A DNA stretch of 64,000 nt from a virus. Taxonomy: Duplodnaviria; Caudoviricetes. Made by a program: the position numbers and the translations under genes. Location: positions 71,614 through 135,613 of IMG/VR virus record IMGVR_UViG_3300037067_013378, one strand, 5' to 3'. Positions 31,922-40,911 of this stretch are shown here, in pieces; within the stretch, counting starts at the first letter, position 1, and every line of letters starts with the position of its first letter. The notes beneath the pieces were generated by a model that worked only from the letters and a program-made list of their open reading frames with translations, ran no database searches and was not told the DNA's origin.

Positions 31922-32052
31922 AGTTATAATTGATTAGTTTTTTGGTAATTAAGAAATACATATCCTAATCGTTTTAACCAATTTGTTAACTAAGAATGAT
32001 TTTTACTTTTAAAATCTGTGTAAAGATAATAAAATATTTTTAATTATAAAAA

Positions 32053-32529
32053 TTATTTTCTTTTATTTAAAATATAATGTAATGTTCCTTTACTTGATAT
32101 ATTAAAATGATTCATTGTTTCTTTATATGAACGACATTTATTATAAAAATCAATAATTTCATTTGCTTCATATTTAATAATAAAAGAGGATGCATGTTTA
32201 GCATGTTTTTGTCTTTCTTCTTTAGGTGTGTCCATCATATTTTGACTTTTTGTGCCAAAATTAATATTATTCCAACTATTATCAATCTTATTGTTATTTA
32301 AATGTCTAATATCATAATTACTTTCATAAATTATATCACCAAATTTTTGATAAGCGACTAATTTATGAACATAACAACACATTATTTTATTTCCAAATCG
32401 TAAAGAAAAAATATAATAATTTTTTTTACTATCTAAATATATTTTTCTTTTTTTATTATATATGTTAAATACATTTCCATATTTATCTACATAATAACCT
32501 TTTTCATAAGCAATTTTTTCTACATGCAT
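32053..32529 (-). CDS. HNH endonuclease (HNH_3/I-HmuI-like)
   Basis: VHKLVA..IRHLNNNKIDNSWNNI..TKSQN. Confidence 0.85.
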   Translation of the reverse strand: MHVEKIAYEKGYYVDKYGNVFNIYNKKRKIYLDSKKNYYIFSLRFGNKIMCCYVHKLVAYQKFGDIIYESNYDIRHLNNNKIDNSWNNINFGTKSQNMMDTPKEERQKHAKHASSFIIKYEANEIIDFYNKCRSYKETMNHFNISSKGTLHYILNKRK

Positions 32530-32583
32530 AACTATTTTTATTTTTTATATCAATAAAATATAAAATAGTTTAAATATTTTTAG

Positions 32584-32657
32584 TACTGCCGATGAGATTC
32601 GAACTCACATTTCAAATCTTGAAGGGATTTTTTCCTGGCCAATTAGAAGACAGCAGC
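32584..32657 (-). tRNA. tRNA-Glu(TTC) with C33
   Basis: AAATC-CC TTC AA-GATTT. Confidence 0.88.
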
Positions 32658-32686
32658 ATATAAAATAATCAAATATTTATAAAAAG

Positions 32687-32762
32687 CGGTGCGTATGGGA
32701 TTTGAACCCATGAACTCAAGCGTGACAAGCTTGCATGATAGACCAGACTTCACCAACGCACC
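32687..32762 (-). tRNA. tRNA-Asp(GTC)
   Basis: CAAGC-TT GTC AC-GCTTG, G73. Confidence 0.93.
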
Positions 32763-32769
32763 ATATTAT

Positions 32770-32785
32770 CAACATGTCAAAGAAC
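32770..32785 (-). promoter_or_regulatory. boxA-like antitermination element
   Basis: GTTCTTTGACATGTTG; core shared with 41172-41185. Confidence 0.6.
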
Positions 32786-32793
32786 AATTTTTG

Positions 32794-32866
32794 CGGGAAT
32801 AACAGGGATCGAACCTGTAACCTACTGGTTAACAGCCAGTTGCTCTACCAATTGAGCTATATTCCC
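32794..32866 (-). tRNA. tRNA-Asn(GTT)
   Basis: ACTGG-CT GTT AA-CCAGT. Confidence 0.95.
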
Positions 32867-32877
32867 AAAAAATATAG

Positions 32878-32951
32878 TTGCGGGAGGTGGATTCGAACCA
32901 CCGACCTCTTGATTATGAGTCAAGCAAGCTGACCAACTGCTCTACCCCGCA
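32878..32951 (-). tRNA. tRNA-Met(CAT), initiator-like body
   Basis: TGCGGGGTAGAGCAG; CTTGA-CT CAT AA-TCAAG. Confidence 0.92.
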
Positions 32952-32960
32952 ATATTTCTT

Positions 32961-32973
32961 TTAAAGAACTCTT
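32961..32973 (-). promoter_or_regulatory. boxA-like element after first tRNA of array
   Basis: AAGAGTTCTTTAA, identical to 40987-40999. Confidence 0.6.
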
Positions 32974-32975
32974 AG

Positions 32976-33057
32976 TACCCCTAGAAGGACTCAAACCTTC
33001 ACGCCTTTCGGCACATGATCCTAAGTCATGGATGTCTATCAATTCCACCATAGGGGC
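32976..33057 (-). tRNA. tRNA-Leu(TAG)
   Basis: CATGA-CT TAG GA-TCATG; A19/U56 variant. Confidence 0.9.
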
Positions 33058-33060
33058 ATA

Positions 33061-33091
33061 AAACAAAAAAACCAGCTTTTCGGCTGGTTTT
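33061..33091 (-). terminator. Attenuator terminator ahead of minus-strand tRNA array
   Basis: AAAACCAGC-CGAAAA-GCTGGTTTT plus T-run, 3 nt before tRNA-Leu. Confidence 0.85.
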
Positions 33092-33113
33092 CTTTATATA
33101 TTTATTCAAATCT

Positions 33114-33209
33114 TTATTTTGAACATACACATAGTTCCACCAGCTTAGATTTTGTCATCTCTTCATCTAAGTTATTAAGTAGATAATTATATATGTTACA
33201 ATTTTCCAT
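33114..33209 (-). CDS. Leader peptide A (31 aa) MENCNIYNYLLNNLDEEMTKSKLVELCVCSK
   Basis: ATG..TAA read by hand; contains GCTGGT complementary to terminator 5' arm; codons 1-18 match downstream tRNAs. Confidence 0.8.
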   Translation of the reverse strand: MENCNIYNYLLNNLDEEMTKSKLVELCVCSK

Positions 33210-33281
33210 TTGAATTTATTTTAATTTTATTTTTACTTATATATTCTTTTTAAAATGTCATTTTTTTCCGAAATGACTTTG

Positions 33282-33313
33282 CAAATATAAAACTTATATT
33301 TCAATATTCCAAA
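33282..33313 (-). promoter_or_regulatory. Bacteroidota-type housekeeping promoter for leader A
   Basis: TTTG-N20-TATATTTG. Confidence 0.75.
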
Positions 33314-33376
33314 AAAGTTTGCACATTTTTTTAAAAATATTTAAAATATTTTTCATTTATCTGATTATCAATATAT

Positions 33377-34108
33377 TTATTTTAAAGAATCATATGCTTT
33401 AGTTTTATCCATGCCTAAAACTTCAACTTTAAATTCGTAATTATTCATTAAATAATCTTTATTAACTACATCTAAAACAATATTACCTACATGTCTTCCT
33501 ATATTACCATCATGATTAGAATATACATCAATATTATATCCATCAGCAAAATTTCTTGACCAACTCATAGCTTGAACTTCTAATATAATATTTCTCCAAA
33601 TTTTTCTTCCACCTTTTTCTGGAATTTTAATTTTACCTTCTTTCATAAATTGTATAATTTTCTTTAAATATTCATAAGCTAAACCACAACCATGATATGA
33701 ATCTTTATCTATTAATAGTTCTTCTTGAACACTTTCATTAGTTATTTTATCATAATATTCTTTCTCATATCTGGTTTTATCATCTTTGTGAATAATTTCA
33801 TTACCATCTTTATCAAAATATGTTTTATATTTATTTTTAATACCAGAATATGATATATAATTAACATCCATAATAGCTGAACCATCTTTCATAACAGATA
33901 AAATACCTTTAAAAATTTGAGCATTTGGTTTATTAGTTATCTTATATTGTTTTTCAATTTTATCATCACCTTTCACTTCAATTTCTTCTGATTCAAAAGA
34001 AGAAACTTTATTTAAATATTTTTCTTTATAATTATTACCTATTCTAATATTTTAAGGTGTATCATTATTTTCGTTTAAGAAAGAATTAAAGTCTTTTATA
34101 TTTTTCAT
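33377..34108 (-). pseudogene. Hypothetical gene with one in-frame TAA at codon 19
   Basis: MKNIKDFNSFLNENNDTP*NIRIG.. continues in frame into ORF 33377-33976. Confidence 0.55.
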
Positions 34109-34563
34109 TTTAAAAAATTATTTTTTATTATATATATATATTTTTTTCCATTATAATTTAATGCTGTATTTCCATATTTATTTTTAATATTAACATCTGC
34201 ACCATTTTTTAATAATAATTTAATAATATTTTTATGATTAAATTTTGAAGCTATTATTAAAGCTGTATTTCCACCATTATTTTTAATATTAATATCTGCA
34301 CCATTTTTTAATAAAAGTTCAACTATATCTTTATATCCATAAAATGTTGCATGTAATAAAGCTGTCCACCCAATATTATCTTTATAATTAATATCAGCAC
34401 CTTTATCTAAAGCTATTTTAACACCTTTTATATAATTATTTTCAGCAGATTGTAATAATATATTTTCTGGAGATAAATCACCTAATTCTTTTAAAATGTC
34501 TTCGTCTGATTTAGGTTTCATCTTATCACGAAGACTTTCATTATATGATTTTAAATATTTCAC
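34105..34563 (-). CDS. Ankyrin repeat protein, paralogue of 6510-6884
   Basis: Shared MKYLK.YNESLRDKM.PKSDE.ILKELGDL.P; GWTALL, GNTAL repeats. Confidence 0.9.
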   Translation of the reverse strand: MKYLKSYNESLRDKMKPKSDEDILKELGDLSPENILLQSAENNYIKGVKIALDKGADINYKDNIGWTALLHATFYGYKDIVELLLKNGADINIKNNGGNTALIIASKFNHKNIIKLLLKNGADVNIKNKYGNTALNYNGKKYIYIIKNNFLK

Positions 34564-34637
34564 TCAAAAATATTTTTATTTTATATATTAAATAAATAAA
34601 AAATAAAAATAATATATCATACAATCAAATGATATAA

Positions 34638-35174
34638 TCAATTATTATCTTTTAAAGTGATAATAAAATCAAACATAATTTCAAATTCTTTATAATCTTT
34701 ACAAAAATGAATATGTTTCATATAACCAACATTTACATGTTGCATAATTTGATTAAATATATCATTCCACATTTCACCTATAATAAATATATCAGGTTTC
34801 ACTTTAGTTTCTCTTGTAATATCTAAAAGTAAAAATAATTCAGACATAGTTCCGAAACTACCTTTTTGTATAATAAAAACTGATAATTCTGAAATTAAAT
34901 AATTTAATCTTTCAAATATATTTTTACAAACAATTGTTTCTGATAGATAATCATTTCCTTTTGTAGATTTAAATAATTCACAAGTATAACCAATAACTTT
35001 ACCACTTGATTCATTAGCACCTTTAAATACAGCTTCCATAAGTCCTCTGTATCCACCGTTTTTAATAATATATTTTTTCTTAGCTAAAAATTCGCCAATT
35101 TTAACACTATCTAAATATTCAGGTGTATCAGTAATATTATAAGAACCACCAAAAAATGTTGCGTATTTTTTCAT
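34638..35174 (-). CDS. LOG/lysine-decarboxylase-like nucleotide-binding protein
   Basis: FFGGS, NGGYRGLMEAV, ERL, KGSFGTMSEL. Confidence 0.85.
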   Translation of the reverse strand: MKKYATFFGGSYNITDTPEYLDSVKIGEFLAKKKYIIKNGGYRGLMEAVFKGANESSGKVIGYTCELFKSTKGNDYLSETIVCKNIFERLNYLISELSVFIIQKGSFGTMSELFLLLDITRETKVKPDIFIIGEMWNDIFNQIMQHVNVGYMKHIHFCKDYKEFEIMFDFIITLKDNN

Positions 35175-35182
35175 ATAAATTT

Positions 35183-35491
35183 TCAATAAATTTTTTTAAC
35201 ATCAATATTTAAATAATTTTTTGCATATTTTCTAAATAAAATTATTATATCAGTTAATGATATTTTATAATCAGAATTTAAATAAAAAAATATTTCTTTA
35301 TTGACAACTAAATTTTTTGTTTTTATATGATATATAAAAACACCATTATAATTTTTATCATAAAAATTAAAAGCTAATTCATTTATTTCATTTTTTGTTA
35401 AATTAGAAAAAATATTATGTAAATATTTTTATTCTGGTTTCATACGAACCAGTTTAATTTTTTCAATATCTTTATCTAATTTATCTTTCAT
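35183..35491 (-). pseudogene. DKDIEKIKLARM-family gene with in-frame TAA at codon 21
   Basis: MKDKLDKDIEKIKLVRMKPE*KYLHNIFSNL; paralogue 55975 has E at this position. Confidence 0.65.
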
Positions 35492-36198
35492 TAATATTGT
35501 TCAATATATTTAAAATTCATATTAAAATATTTATTTGTCAAAGATAATATCTTTTTTTCAATATCACAATTTATTAATATTTTAGAATATTTCTTCAAAT
35601 TGTTATCAAGTAATAAACTCATAAATAAAGAATTATTATAATATAATATATTTTCATTATCAGAATAATATTTCATATATGAATATGTGTGTATATTATC
35701 GTGAAAATAATATGTTTTATCTAAAATACTATTTAGTTCTATTTTTAATTTTATTAATATACTATAAATAAATTTATCGTCTGGCTTCATTCGAGCCAGT
35801 TTAATTTTTTCAATATCTTTATCTAATTTATCCATATTAAAAAATTAAATAATATATAATTTTTCATATTTATCTTGATTTAAAATATCTAACATTGTTA
35901 CACTTGTTAAAGATAAATTATAATATTCATTTATTTTGTTTAAAAACTTAGATAATATTAAATTTTTATTAAAAATTTCTGAATTATATAAAAAAAGAAA
36001 TAATTGACTACCACAAAATAAAACATTATTATCAATAACAAATAATATTTTCTTATCTGAATTTATACATATTTTTAAGGTATTATCATTAAAATTGTAA
36101 GTATTGCAATATTTAATAGTTTCATAAATAATTCTATCAAAATTACTCATTCTATTAATCTTTATTTTTTCAATATCTTTATCCAATTTATCTTTCAT
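35491..36198 (-). CDS. Two DKDIEKIKLARM-family genes (35491-35835, 35845-36198)
   Basis: Shared N-terminal motif. Confidence 0.7.
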
Positions 36199-36280
36199 AA
36201 AACAAATATAGTAATTTTTTAATAAAAAATGGTGTATTTAATTAAATACACACTATAATAATATATTTTAATTATTAATA

Positions 36281-36793
36281 CTAAAATCCACCTTTATCAC
36301 ATGTTGCAAATTTTTCAACAAGATGAAACCATTTTTCAGCTTGAAATCTTAATTTTTTAGATTTTTTCATTTCATTTAAAAATTTTACTCTCATATGGTG
36401 TTGAACAATGTAACGAATTTTATCAGGATTACCACCTACTGATTTAATCCATTCAATATTTTGTTCTATATACACAAGAGATAAATCTTCATGTCCATGT
36501 GCTGAATATGTATTTTTTTCTTCATTAAAGAAAGTTGTGTCAATTTTACCTAAATCATGAAATACACCAGCAAGAATAAGATTTATATTCTTATATTTTT
36601 TATGTAAACGATTAGTTACTACTTTAGTATGAATATACAATAGGTCTTCTGGATGCCATTCTAAATTTTGATGAATCATTTTCATTTTATTAATATCATC
36701 AACCAATTCTTTTGGCATAATAGGAAGTAACACTTCTTCAAAAAGGTTATTACTCTTACTAAAAATAATATGTATTTTCTTAAAAAATCTCAT
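36281..36793 (-). CDS. Stand-alone HD-domain protein resembling the HD domain of CCA-adding enzymes
   Basis: QNLEWHPED..HT..LAGVFHDLGK..HGHE..HHM. Confidence 0.8.
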   Translation of the reverse strand: MRFFKKIHIIFSKSNNLFEEVLLPIMPKELVDDINKMKMIHQNLEWHPEDLLYIHTKVVTNRLHKKYKNINLILAGVFHDLGKIDTTFFNEEKNTYSAHGHEDLSLVYIEQNIEWIKSVGGNPDKIRYIVQHHMRVKFLNEMKKSKKLRFQAEKWFHLVEKFATCDKGGF

Positions 36794-36848
36794 TATTTAT
36801 AAATTATACTACAAAATTAATAAAAATATATATAATAAAAAAATTTTA

Positions 36849-37820
36849 TTAATCAAAAGTTTGATTCATTTGACTTGATATTCTAACCATCTCATCATAT
36901 TCATCTGCAGTAAGATCATTAAAGAAAAAACCAATTGGGTTTATTTTCTTATTATCTTTCATTACTTCATAATGTAAATGTGGGCCAGTTGATTTACCTG
37001 TGTTTCCAACTTCACCAATAACATGATTTCTTTTTACTACTTGTCCTTTTTTAACATTTATTTTACTCATATGAGCATATAATGTTTTATAACCATAACC
37101 ATGATCAATAATAACATGATTACCATATCCTCTACCACCAGTATAAGATTTAACTTTATCATCTATATGAATAATAACACCATTACCTGTTGCATATATA
37201 GGTGTACCATTTTTAGCACTAAAATCAATACCATAATGAAATTTTTTAGTTCTATATATTGGGTCTATTCTATATCCCCAACCTGATGCTGTTCTTTTTA
37301 ATGTTCTATTTGAAATAGGTTGTATAGCTGGTACATGTTCAAAAAATTTTTTGTTTTTTTGAACTTGCATTTGTAATGTATCCATTTCATAATAAGAAAC
37401 TGAAATTTTATATTCTAATTGTGAAATTCTTTTATATGTTTTATTTACTATTTCTAAATAATTAGAATTATTAACTTTCTCAATTTTATTTATATCAAAA
37501 TCTTTAATATCATCATATAAATTAGGATTAGAAGCAAATAATTCTCTATATATTGATGTATCTCTAATTAAAACTTCATCTAATAAAAAATTAAGACTTC
37601 TTAATCTTATATTCATTATTTGATAATCAAGATATAAATTATCAATTTTTTCTATTAATTTCTTTTCTTTAGGTGTGTTATAAAAATATGATATAGTTAA
37701 AATTGAAGTAAAACCGAATATAATAAAAAATAAAATATAAATAAGTAATTTTTTAAATGAAAATTTTATTCTTTCATAATTTAATGTTTCTTTGTTATAT
37801 TTATACTTTTTAATGAACAA
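36849..37820 (-). CDS. M23 family peptidase (Bacteroidota-like, N-terminal TM)
   Basis: HYGIDF, YAHMS, STGPHLHYEV. Confidence 0.92.
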   Translation of the reverse strand: MFIKKYKYNKETLNYERIKFSFKKLLIYILFFIIFGFTSILTISYFYNTPKEKKLIEKIDNLYLDYQIMNIRLRSLNFLLDEVLIRDTSIYRELFASNPNLYDDIKDFDINKIEKVNNSNYLEIVNKTYKRISQLEYKISVSYYEMDTLQMQVQKNKKFFEHVPAIQPISNRTLKRTASGWGYRIDPIYRTKKFHYGIDFSAKNGTPIYATGNGVIIHIDDKVKSYTGGRGYGNHVIIDHGYGYKTLYAHMSKINVKKGQVVKRNHVIGEVGNTGKSTGPHLHYEVMKDNKKINPIGFFFNDLTADEYDEMVRISSQMNQTFD

Positions 37821-37904
37821 AATATATTTTTATTTTTATATATTAAAAATAAAAATGAGTAGATAAAAATAAATCTACTCATTAAACAATAAAAATATTA
37901 TTAT

Positions 37905-38192
37905 TTATTCATCTAAAAATAGATATTCTTCTTTTATCATATCTTCTAAATTATCTCTATCGTCTTCTGATAATTCACCAAATTCTTCTTCATACCATTC
38001 AACTAATTCATCAATTACAGATTGAGAAGCATTAGGATTAATATCTTTTTCATATAAAGATTCAAAATTATCTTCATTATAATCATTATCTAAATTACTA
38101 TCATCTGATGTTCTTTCATTATACATCATTTCAACTGTCAATTGAGAATAATTATCTTTTAATAATTCAAAATTCTTTTTTAAAATACTCAT
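37905..38192 (-). CDS. Acidic hypothetical protein
   Basis: ORF track. Confidence 0.55.
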   Translation of the reverse strand: MSILKKNFELLKDNYSQLTVEMMYNERTSDDSNLDNDYNEDNFESLYEKDINPNASQSVIDELVEWYEEEFGELSEDDRDNLEDMIKEEYLFLDE

Positions 38193-38325
38193 AATATTAA
38201 AAAATTATTTTTTACATATATATAAAAAAAATAAAAAAAAGTTTATTAAATATAATATATTATATATATCATTATTCTGGACCTTTTTTCATACTTTGAT
38301 ATATATTTTATAATATTGTTAAATT

Positions 38326-38886
38326 TTATTTTTTAATCTTTTTAATATTATAACCATTATTTTTTAAAAATTCTAATAATTTTTCTTCTAATGATTCACT
38401 TATTGGTGAATTTTCTTTTATAATTGATTCAGATAACATTTTTTCTAATTCTGGAAATAAATAATTTTTAATCATATCTCTATTAGAATATGCATAAATT
38501 TCTGCTATTCTTTTTTGTCTAAATTCTTCTAATTCTTGATCTTTCATAGTGTTTTCTTCATTAAGATTTTTCATTATTTCTTCATAATCTTGTTCTGGTA
38601 CAATAATTTCTTCTTCCATTAATTTATCAATAGGAACATAAACAGTTATATTAAAACCAATTAAAGTAACACCTTGCTTGCTTATTTCTTTTATTTGAAA
38701 AATTTCATAAGTTTCATTATTTTTATATATTATCTTACCACCTAAACCTACTATATTATTTAAACGTTTTAAAAAATTTTTATATTCCTTTCTTTCATTA
38801 TATTTATGTGTTATATATAAACCAACAACAGTAGTTAATAAGAAAGATATTATACTTAAAAATATGTGTATTAATTCAAATTCCAT
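38326..38886 (-). CDS. Membrane-anchored hypothetical protein
   Basis: N-terminal TM helix. Confidence 0.6.
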   Translation of the reverse strand: MEFELIHIFLSIISFLLTTVVGLYITHKYNERKEYKNFLKRLNNIVGLGGKIIYKNNETYEIFQIKEISKQGVTLIGFNITVYVPIDKLMEEEIIVPEQDYEEIMKNLNEENTMKDQELEEFRQKRIAEIYAYSNRDMIKNYLFPELEKMLSESIIKENSPISESLEEKLLEFLKNNGYNIKKIKK

Positions 38887-39068
38887 AAAAATATATTTAT
38901 TTTTTTAATTATATATTAATTGTTATAAGTCAAATATTTAAAGTTTTTATAATAGTCATTATGTCACAATTACATATATTTTAAGACATTTTGTCATATT
39001 TTTTGAAATGGTATATGTTTTGTAAATATATGTTATAAATTAACAAAAAATAAAGAAAGGAGTAAATT

Positions 39069-39488
39069 ATGACATTATTAAAATTAAGAAATTCAGAACC
39101 AAGTTTTAATTCTTTTATTGATGAATTTTTTGATAAAAATTCATTTCTATCAAATTATTTAAGTGATATTAAAACAAATATAAAAGAATTAGATGATAAG
39201 TATGTTTTAGAATTATCACTTGCTGGTTTTAAAAAAGAAGATATCAAAATTGATATTGATAATGATATCTTAACTATTTTATCTGATGTAAAAACAGAAA
39301 ATGAAGAAGAAACTGATAACTATAAAAGATACGAGTTTAGAAAATCTTCATTTCAGAAATCATATTCAATACCATCTGATGTAGATATAAATAAAATTAC
39401 AGCATCACAAGAAAATGGTGTTCTTAAAATTGAGTTGGTAAAACAAGAAGATAAAATAAAACAAATAAAAACAATTGAAATTAAATAA
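39069..39488 (+). CDS. Small heat shock protein Hsp20
   Basis: LAGFKKEDIKI..FQKSY..ENGVLKI alpha-crystallin domain. Confidence 0.93.
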   Translation: MTLLKLRNSEPSFNSFIDEFFDKNSFLSNYLSDIKTNIKELDDKYVLELSLAGFKKEDIKIDIDNDILTILSDVKTENEEETDNYKRYEFRKSSFQKSYSIPSDVDINKITASQENGVLKIELVKQEDKIKQIKTIEIK

Positions 39489-39516
39489 AAAAAGCCACTT
39501 AATTGTGGCTTTTTTT
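39489..39516. terminator. Bidirectional intrinsic terminator
   Basis: AAAAAGCCAC/GTGGCTTTTT between convergent genes. Confidence 0.8.
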
Positions 39517-39862
39517 AACAACTAAAATTATCATTTTTAAGAATTATTTTTGAGAAAAAATTGTATATTATTTTAATATTTAGAATATGTAAAATATTTT
39601 CATTTATTTTATTTTGTATCATATAATAATCCATATTATATTCATATGTTAATTTTTTAAAAATTTTATAATTATAAATAAAATATTTCGATTTTATATT
39701 ATATTTTGCAAATAATTTATTATTCTTAAAATAAAAAATCATATCAGGATATTTATCATCATATTCAATATTCAATTTTGAAAATGATTTATAAATAAAT
39801 CTATCTTCTGGTTTCATTCTTGCTAATTTAATTTTTTCTATATCTTTATCTATTTTATCCAT
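39515..39862 (-). CDS. DKDIEKIKLARM-family protein
   Basis: MDKIDKDIEKIKLARMKPE. Confidence 0.7.
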   Translation of the reverse strand: MDKIDKDIEKIKLARMKPEDRFIYKSFSKLNIEYDDKYPDMIFYFKNNKLFAKYNIKSKYFIYNYKIFKKLTYEYNMDYYMIQNKINENILHILNIKIIYNFFSKIILKNDNFSC

Positions 39863-39911
39863 TATAATTCAAAGTAAGTAGTAGATTAAATTAAATATTT
39901 AAATATTATTT

Positions 39912-40288
39912 TTAAAAAATTTGAAAACCTTTATTAAAAAAGATTTTTTTAGTTAGTAATATTTCAGAATGATGCCATATTTTTAATAGTAAAACATCTT
40001 CTTTTGTTTTTTGTATAAAATATTTTATTATTAAATCTGTTATATTTTGATCAATTATTCCTTCTGTATTTCTTAATGCAAAATAAATATAATTATGATT
40101 ATAATATAATTTATGTCTATCTTTATCATAATTAAACATGAATTCGTTGTTATATAAATAATAATCACGTAAACTTTTATCCACTCTAATCTTTTTTAAA
40201 AGTGGAAACATATAATAAAAAATCTTTCATCCTTTGACAATCTTGCCACTTTTATCTTTTCAATATCTTTATCTAAACTATCTTTCAT
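39912..40288 (-). pseudogene. DKDIEKIK-family gene frameshifted in a T-run
   Basis: MKDSLDKDIEKIKVARLSKDERFF is one base out of frame with ORF 39912-40211. Confidence 0.6.
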
Positions 40289-40493
40289 TTTTTCTTTCTT
40301 CATTTATTTCTTGTAAAGTTTTACATTTCTTTCCAGTTTTTTCTTCTATACACTTTTTATGATATTTATCTTGCCACATAGTTTCACTAAACCCATTCTT
40401 TTCTTCTTTCTCATGCCAGAAAAATAAAAATGGTTTGTTGCATATTTCACAACATTTTTCCATTTCAGTATAGTGATGTATAGTTTTTTTCAT
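40278..40493 (-). CDS. Small zinc-binding hypothetical protein
   Basis: CEIC..HKKC. Confidence 0.5.
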   Translation of the reverse strand: MKKTIHHYTEMEKCCEICNKPFLFFWHEKEEKNGFSETMWQDKYHKKCIEEKTGKKCKTLQEINEERKNER

Positions 40494-40640
40494 TATGATA
40501 ATTTTGTACAAATATAATAAAATAAAATGTAATAAAAAATATTAATAAAAAATAATGTATATGAATTAATAGTAAATTAAAGCATTTAAGGGTTTTTATT
40601 TCAATAAAATATAAATTATTTAAAAATATTTTTAAACTTT

Positions 40641-40671
40641 TTTGTTTTTTAAAATATAAGTACTATATTTG
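40641..40671 (+). promoter_or_regulatory. Bacteroidota-type housekeeping promoter for leader B
   Basis: TTTG-N19-TATATTTG. Confidence 0.75.
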
Positions 40672-40725
40672 CAAAATCAAATTTAGAAAAAAACGATATT
40701 TTTTAAAGAATATATAATAAAACAA

Positions 40726-40830
40726 ATGAGAAATAATATTAACATATCAGTGATTAGTTCGATTAAACGCCATTGGTCATTTAAAAACCAAATGGGTCTG
40801 GTATGCTTATATCTTTTTTGTAATGTATAA
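40726..40830 (+). CDS. Leader peptide B (34 aa) MRNNINISVISSIKRHWSFKNQMGLVCLYLFCNV
   Basis: ATG..TAA read by hand; contains GGTCTGG complementary to terminator 5' arm; codons 8-20 match downstream tRNAs. Confidence 0.8.
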   Translation: MRNNINISVISSIKRHWSFKNQMGLVCLYLFCNV

Positions 40831-40856
40831 ATAAGAAAAAATTAAAAGAGATAAAG

Positions 40857-40889
40857 AAAATCCAGACCACAAAAAGGTCTGGATTTTTT
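40857..40889 (+). terminator. Attenuator terminator ahead of plus-strand tRNA array
   Basis: AAAATCCAGACC-ACAAAAA-GGTCTGGATTTT plus T-run. Confidence 0.88.
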
Positions 40890-40911
40890 GTTTTATGTGG
40901 TTTTTTGAAAT

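Noticed and set aside
32735-32932. 65-aa plus-strand ORF
   Set aside because: Antisense to the Asp/Asn/Met tRNAs.
33061-33313. T-box riboswitch explanation for the leaders
   Set aside because: No UGGNACC T-box bulge or Stem I motifs are recognisable in either leader; the open frames with matched codons fit ribosome-mediated attenuation better.
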